DNA of 64,000 nt from Antechinus flavipes (taxonomy: Eukaryota): NCBI RefSeq assembly GCF_016432865.1, contig NC_067400.1, positions 414,594,001 to 414,658,000 of the forward strand. Direction: 5' to 3'. The position numbers and the translations under genes are program-made. Below the pieces are notes generated by a model. The model was not told where the DNA came from and searched no databases. It worked only from the letters and a program-made list of their open reading frames with translations. How positions within the stretch are numbered: the first letter of the stretch is position 1; every line of letters starts with the position of its first letter. This document shows positions 60,220-64,000 of this stretch, one piece after another.

Positions 60220-63200
60220 GGGGCGTCGGTGTAGGGGAGTGAGAACTGCTTCCAACCCTCCTCACCCCCCCCATCCCACCCAGTCCGGGTCTAGACCAAC
60301 CCCTTATCCTACCTCCTCCTCCCCTTTCTACCTCTTCTCTCTAAGCTCTCCTCGACCTCCTCCCCCCACAGCCCTTGACCAAGGCGTTTGCTTCCCCAAA
60401 GCACTAACAAGCTGATTTTGTTGTAGGCTATCTAGGCCCCTTTTTGTAACTGAGGTTCTGAGGCCTGAGGTTTTCATTTGGTGTTTTCAAATTTCCTTGT
60501 CTCTATGGACTGCACATAACTAGATAAAAGAGGGACAGAGACAGAGAGGAGGAAGGGATACGTAGGGGGAGGGGAAAGGGGGAGAGAAGTCTAGTTTTCC
60601 ACTATATTGTTTATCTCGATTTTATTATTGGACTTCATATCTCAAATGATCAAACTGCACTGTGTGGTCAAATCTACCTTTTTCCCTATCTTATACACTT
60701 GAACAAATATCAAGCATGCCTAGTTCGACATCAGAGATATCAATGTCCATCTAGACTCACCATGTCGAGATGTACTTCTACATGATGAAAGTTGTTTTTT
60801 GTTTTTTTATGCACATTCATGATGTAGGGACAGATTCTGCCTTCTTCGATAATCCTCTCAATGCTATTTTCCATTTGTCCTCACTTCTGAGTCATTTGAG
60901 GAGGAGAATGAACTCATAAGGATTTCTTCCTCACATTATTTATTACATAGGACTGCCATAGGAACTATATTGAAAGCATCTTCTCATCCTTTCACATTAC
61001 AGACGCCTATTCAATAAGAAATTTCACTTTCTTAGAAAACTTGTTTCACTTTCTTTTCACGATTGTGAATGGGATATGAACTACGAAGTAAATAAAGAAG
61101 GAAGTCAAGGTTTTCAGATGGGATTTGGGAGATCCTGTAGATATTTGAACGATGAATAACAATTTTGATGAGTTTTTGATAAGAAAGTAGGTGCACCCCT
61201 TCCCTCTGCCCTAGGGTTAGAATCGATCTTTAACAGTACCAAGAACAGTCGCATTCCCCTGAGGTTTGCAATAAGGAGCTTTTCCCAAATGAATTGTACA
61301 CCGTTTGGTGTCTCTGAAATAAGCTACTAAAGCTTAAAGCAGGGCACAGCAGTGAAACTCTTCCTGGCAAGATTGCTTTCTATTTGGGAAGTTAAATTTA
61401 GCTTCCTCGAAAGTGCCAGAAATGGTTTCGATAGGCAGCCGAATACTGGGGTTTTAAAAGCACTCTACTAAGAGAAACGAGCTCCAATGGAAATAGGGTG
61501 GTAAGTAATGTAGGTGTTGGTCAGTGGCCCGAGTATCACCACTTCTTCCACTTTCCTTTGGCAAAAAACCCCTTCAGTCCAGCCCATTTCCATGCAAACC
61601 CGTTTCACTAGCCTTTGATTGGCTGGTGCCTACTTGTTGCACACTCCTACTGCTCCTGGACATAAGAAAAGCCAAAAATATTGCTGTCGTCTCTCAGTTG
61701 CCGAGAAAACGGGAGCTATTTTCTTAAAGAATGGAATTACATTGATCGTATTTTGTATATTGACACGCATAATGTAGTAACCATAAAAAAACTCACATAA
61801 AGGGGAAAGTTATGGGAGGAGAAGGTGAGGAGAAAGTTCTTTGTTCGATCTTTTTGAAATCTTGGCCATGTTCATTATCAAATCTCTGACCCGAGAGGGT
61901 TACCAGTATTTGCTGTAATTCAACAGGATTTACAGTTTGTTGGGAGTAAGAATGCCGACAGCCCTCTTTCTGAAAGAAGTTATTGACTTGTTTGGGAAAA
62001 CGAGTTGAAGGAAGTCCATTTGGTGCCAATATTTACAATGCCCAATTCATATTAATAGCAAGAAATACTTATAGGGATAACACTTAAATTTCATCCATTT
62101 TGTCAAACAGCTAAGAAACCCCAGGGACCAAACTATAGAAAACTTTTCTATCAGCTACAACACTTAAATTTTTCTCTCCCCCTTTTCTTCTTAGTCTCTC
62201 TCCTCGTTGGCGTGAGGGTCCAAAACGATTAGTTTCTCTAAATGCAAAGGACCAGCTTACATCTATAACAGCTCACCGAACTAGTCAGAGCAAACAAATT
62301 CGGAAGTTCTGAAAACCAAGTCATTAGCTGCATTTTTGCCCTTTGGATCTACTATCTTTTTGTTCTGATAAACATTGTAATGACTTTTTATGTCCTAAAA
62401 TTAAGAGTGAAAAAAAGGTTACAATTTTCAAAGATTTTATCTCTTTTCATTACATTTTCTAGGTAAGAAAATTAAATTTATCTACAAAAAAGTTAATTTG
62501 TATTCTAAGGTATTTCTTTCTTACCAGGCAGATTCTCAGACAACCTCTGACACATTCCGTCAAGCACAGGCAACATCACTCCAATAACTAAGTCATTTTA
62601 GAGAATGAATGTAGAGGACAAAGACAAAAATGGCAGTTTACAAAGTATGTATAAAAACACACTGTTTACAGTAACAATGACTAGTGGGTAATTTTCCTGA
62701 GATTGCCGTTTGGGAGTGTTAACAAAAAAAAAAAAAAAAAGACGTCAAAATAGTTTCACAAATTGTAGCTATGTACAGATTTGACACTACTTTTAGTTTC
62801 TTACTGCAACAATGAATCTTGTGTCTGTATCCAAAAGACTCAGCAAGCATTTCTGTGAAATACACAACCTCTAGCAAAAACAACACAAAACCCAGCCTCA
62901 AGCAATCGTAGCTGCTTAATTTGTATATACATATGTATCCATTTCTATGTATATTCACCAATTATGGGTAACCAGTTACATAAACATGTATCACTAGAGA
63001 GTTAATTAGTCATATAATCATGGTTACAATCACTCTAAGATATTTTCTGTAGTGTTTAAATAGAAAATTGATTGAGAACTGGAGATGCATTTGACCTTCA
63101 GTACTCAAGTTTTTAATCAAATCTACAGATTGGTAAAGAACTAAAATTACCTTCTCAAGTGTCTTAGANNNNNNNNNNNNNNNNNNNNNNNNNNNNNNNN

Positions 63201-64000
63201 NNNNNNNNNNNNNNNNNNNNNNNNNNNNNNNNNNNNNNNNNNNNNNNNNNNNNNNNNNNNNNNNNNNNNNNNNNNNNNNNNNNNNNNNNNNNNNNNNNNN
63301 NNNNNNNNNNNNNNNNNNNNNNNNNNNNNNNNNNNNNNNNNNNNNNNNNNNNNNNNNNNNNNNNNNNNNNNNNNNNNNNNNNNNNNNNNNNNNNNNNNNN
63401 NNNNNNNNNNNNNNNNNNNNNNNNNNNNNNNNTCATCTCTCTCCTAAAATTTCACTTGTTCTATGAAAGATTTCAACTCTTTCTTCATTGAACTGTCTCT
63501 GGAAACATTTTCCTGCTTGGAAGAAAAGCAAAATATTTCTTTTCTATTAAATCTGACAAATTGTTGTCAAAGAATACCTGTGAATGATTTAATGAAGATA
63601 ATGATAACAACAGCCGCATTATGGTCTTGTGGTTGTGCTAAAAACAAACAAAACCAATTAACTTCCTTTGGAAGTATTCAGTTGATAATCGCTCCAGGGG
63701 AGACTGGGTTGTCTATGGATTTTTCACATGAATAAATAACTAATTGCAAGAGAGCAATGACAGCCAGAGTCCATTTATGCACGTGCTATACTTAATTCTA
63801 GCTATTTTTTTCTCTCTTAAGACAAAACCCTTAAAAAGAAACAAAAATAAGATGTAGTTTTATTTTCAAACCAAAGATGTAGTTGTAGGGGGAGAAAGAA
63901 TAGAAAATTTCAGGTTGAGTAAGGTAGTTTCAGTTTCTGCTGTTTAACCTAGCCGTTGTAGTATTAGTGTATTCTAAGTCAAAACTACATTAGCATGCAG

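Noticed and set aside
60712-60721. p53 half-site AAGCATGCCT
   Set aside because: No second half-site adjacent
60420-64000. EVX2 coding sequence or region XII upstream of HOXD13
   Set aside because: No EVX2-like ORF; region XII could not be placed without alignment

Overview
Vertebrate genomic DNA holding the posterior HOXD cluster on the minus strand. From the high-coordinate end the order is HOXD13, HOXD12, HOXD11, HOXD10, HOXD9, HOXD8, followed by about 17 kb of the HOXD8-HOXD4 interval. Each gene has two coding exons joined by a phase-1 GT-AG intron where the junction is visible. HOXD13, HOXD12 and HOXD11 are complete. HOXD10, HOXD9 and HOXD8 each lose part of exon 1 to an N gap (11 gaps in total). 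HOXD4, miR-10b and EVX2 are not in the window. The host is a mammal, probably a marsupial (inference from MIR/CORE-SINE and marsupial-type L1 relics, and a HOXD11 lacking the eutherian poly-Gly/Ala insert). Most interesting non-annotated signals: (1) short uORFs ending on or beside the start codons of HOXD13, HOXD11 and HOXD9, with a six-tract G-quadruplex inside the HOXD13 uORF; (2) amino-acid homopolymer differences from human in HOXD8, HOXD9, HOXD11 and HOXD13; (3) miR-196 and miR-10 target sites; (4) a 63-nt hairpin in the HOXD13 3'UTR and a perfect 20-bp palindrome in the HOXD9 intron; (5) a polarised CTCF motif series, with transposon relics seen only beyond the most 3' site; (6) a shared E-box/CCAAT promoter module. 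Human and mouse comparisons come from memory and need checking by alignment. I found no clearly new biological system; the uORF architecture is the best candidate.
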